Notes under the pieces: model-generated
Seen by the model: the letters and a program-made list of their open reading frames with translations, nothing else
Databases searched by the model: none
What the model was told of the DNA's origin: nothing
Shown here: piece by piece, positions 35,647 to 36,108 of the stretch
Layout: each line of letters starts with the position of its first letter
How positions within the stretch are numbered: the stretch's first letter is position 1
Position numbers and translations under genes: made by a program
NCBI GenBank assembly: GCA_018650165.1
Contig: JABIGM010000019.1
Span: forward strand, 1-36,108
Source of the DNA: Methanobacteriota archaeon
GTDB lineage: Archaea; Thermoplasmatota; Poseidoniia; Poseidoniales; Poseidoniaceae
Direction of reading: 5' to 3'
Length of the DNA stretch: 36,108 nt

Positions 35647-36108
35647 TCAAACCGGTTGGAGAGTCTGATAACCACCAGGACGCATCAATTTACCATCTCT
35701 GCATAACGCATCGACCAAATCTTCAGCAGCATCTCGTGAAATATCGCAGCGATTCGCTTCTGTCAGAACATCATTGAGAGATACAACTTGTCCTGTTTCC
35801 ACATGTATTCTTCGAACTATTTCTAGGATTGTTCTTTCTCGAATCCTATTATTTCTTGGTCGACTTTTCTCTTTCTCAATAATTTCGTCAGCTTCTTCCA
35901 TAGTAATTGGGAATTCTATATTTCTGGAATCGATATTGTGATTTCTTAATTTTTGATCTATTACACATTGAATACAATGTTCGTCAATATTTTCTCGAAG
36001 TAGTTTTTCAATAAACTGACTTCGAGAACTATACTCTCCCTCTTCACTCTTCTTCTCAATCAAGTCAATTAAATCACTACTTAGGCTCACAGATAACTGG
36101 TACTTCCT
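35647..36108 (-). CDS. Ribbon-helix-helix (CopG/MetJ/NikR-like) protein with C-terminal winged-helix; 5' end lies outside the window
   Basis: Frame is open to the window edge: RKYQLSVSLSSDLIDLIEKKSEEGEYSSRSQFIEKLLRE (strand-helix-SRS-helix); C-terminus LNDVLTEA...AEDLVDALCRDGKLMRP resembles a WH domain. Confidence 0.72.
   Translation of the reverse strand, partial: RKYQLSVSLSSDLIDLIEKKSEEGEYSSRSQFIEKLLRENIDEHCIQCVIDQKLRNHNIDSRNIEFPITMEEADEIIEKEKSRPRNNRIRERTILEIVRRIHVETGQVVSLNDVLTEANRCDISRDAAEDLVDALCRDGKLMRPGGYQTLQPV

Overview
Archaeal chromosomal window, most likely from a marine Thermoplasmatota genome (Marine Group II / Ca. Poseidoniales or a close relative). This is inferred from archaeal-type r-proteins, Spt5, Pus10, an intron-containing tRNA-Tyr, and bacterial-like accessory genes (RNB nuclease, MMPL, NSS transporter). 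It is mostly compact housekeeping DNA: pus10-rpl21e-rpo4-DUF655-rsmA; secE-spt5-rpl11-rpl1-rplP0-rpl12; corA, MMPL, tRNA-Leu(TAG), dnaJ-like + RNB nuclease, PMM/PGM, RidA, DUF354, Nudix, uppS, mscS, M14 carboxypeptidase + NSS transporter, hisS, ftsZ, tRNA-Tyr(GTA). No CRISPR array, transposase or integrase is visible. The most unusual signals are: (1) Spt5 fused to an N-terminal Nudix-like domain with a degenerate catalytic box; (2) an L11 consisting of only its C-terminal domain; (3) a fixed-spacing promoter element, TATA-like box-N9-GTCG(G/C)CA, before pus10, rpl21e, secE and rpl11; (4) two candidate structured ncRNAs, a ~260 nt one after rpl12 and a tandem 65-nt hairpin pair after tRNA-Tyr; (5) three TCGCGA palindromes at an exact 13-bp period upstream of ftsZ; (6) a SAP motif inserted in Pus10. 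All family calls come from motif recognition by eye; no database search or folding program was run.
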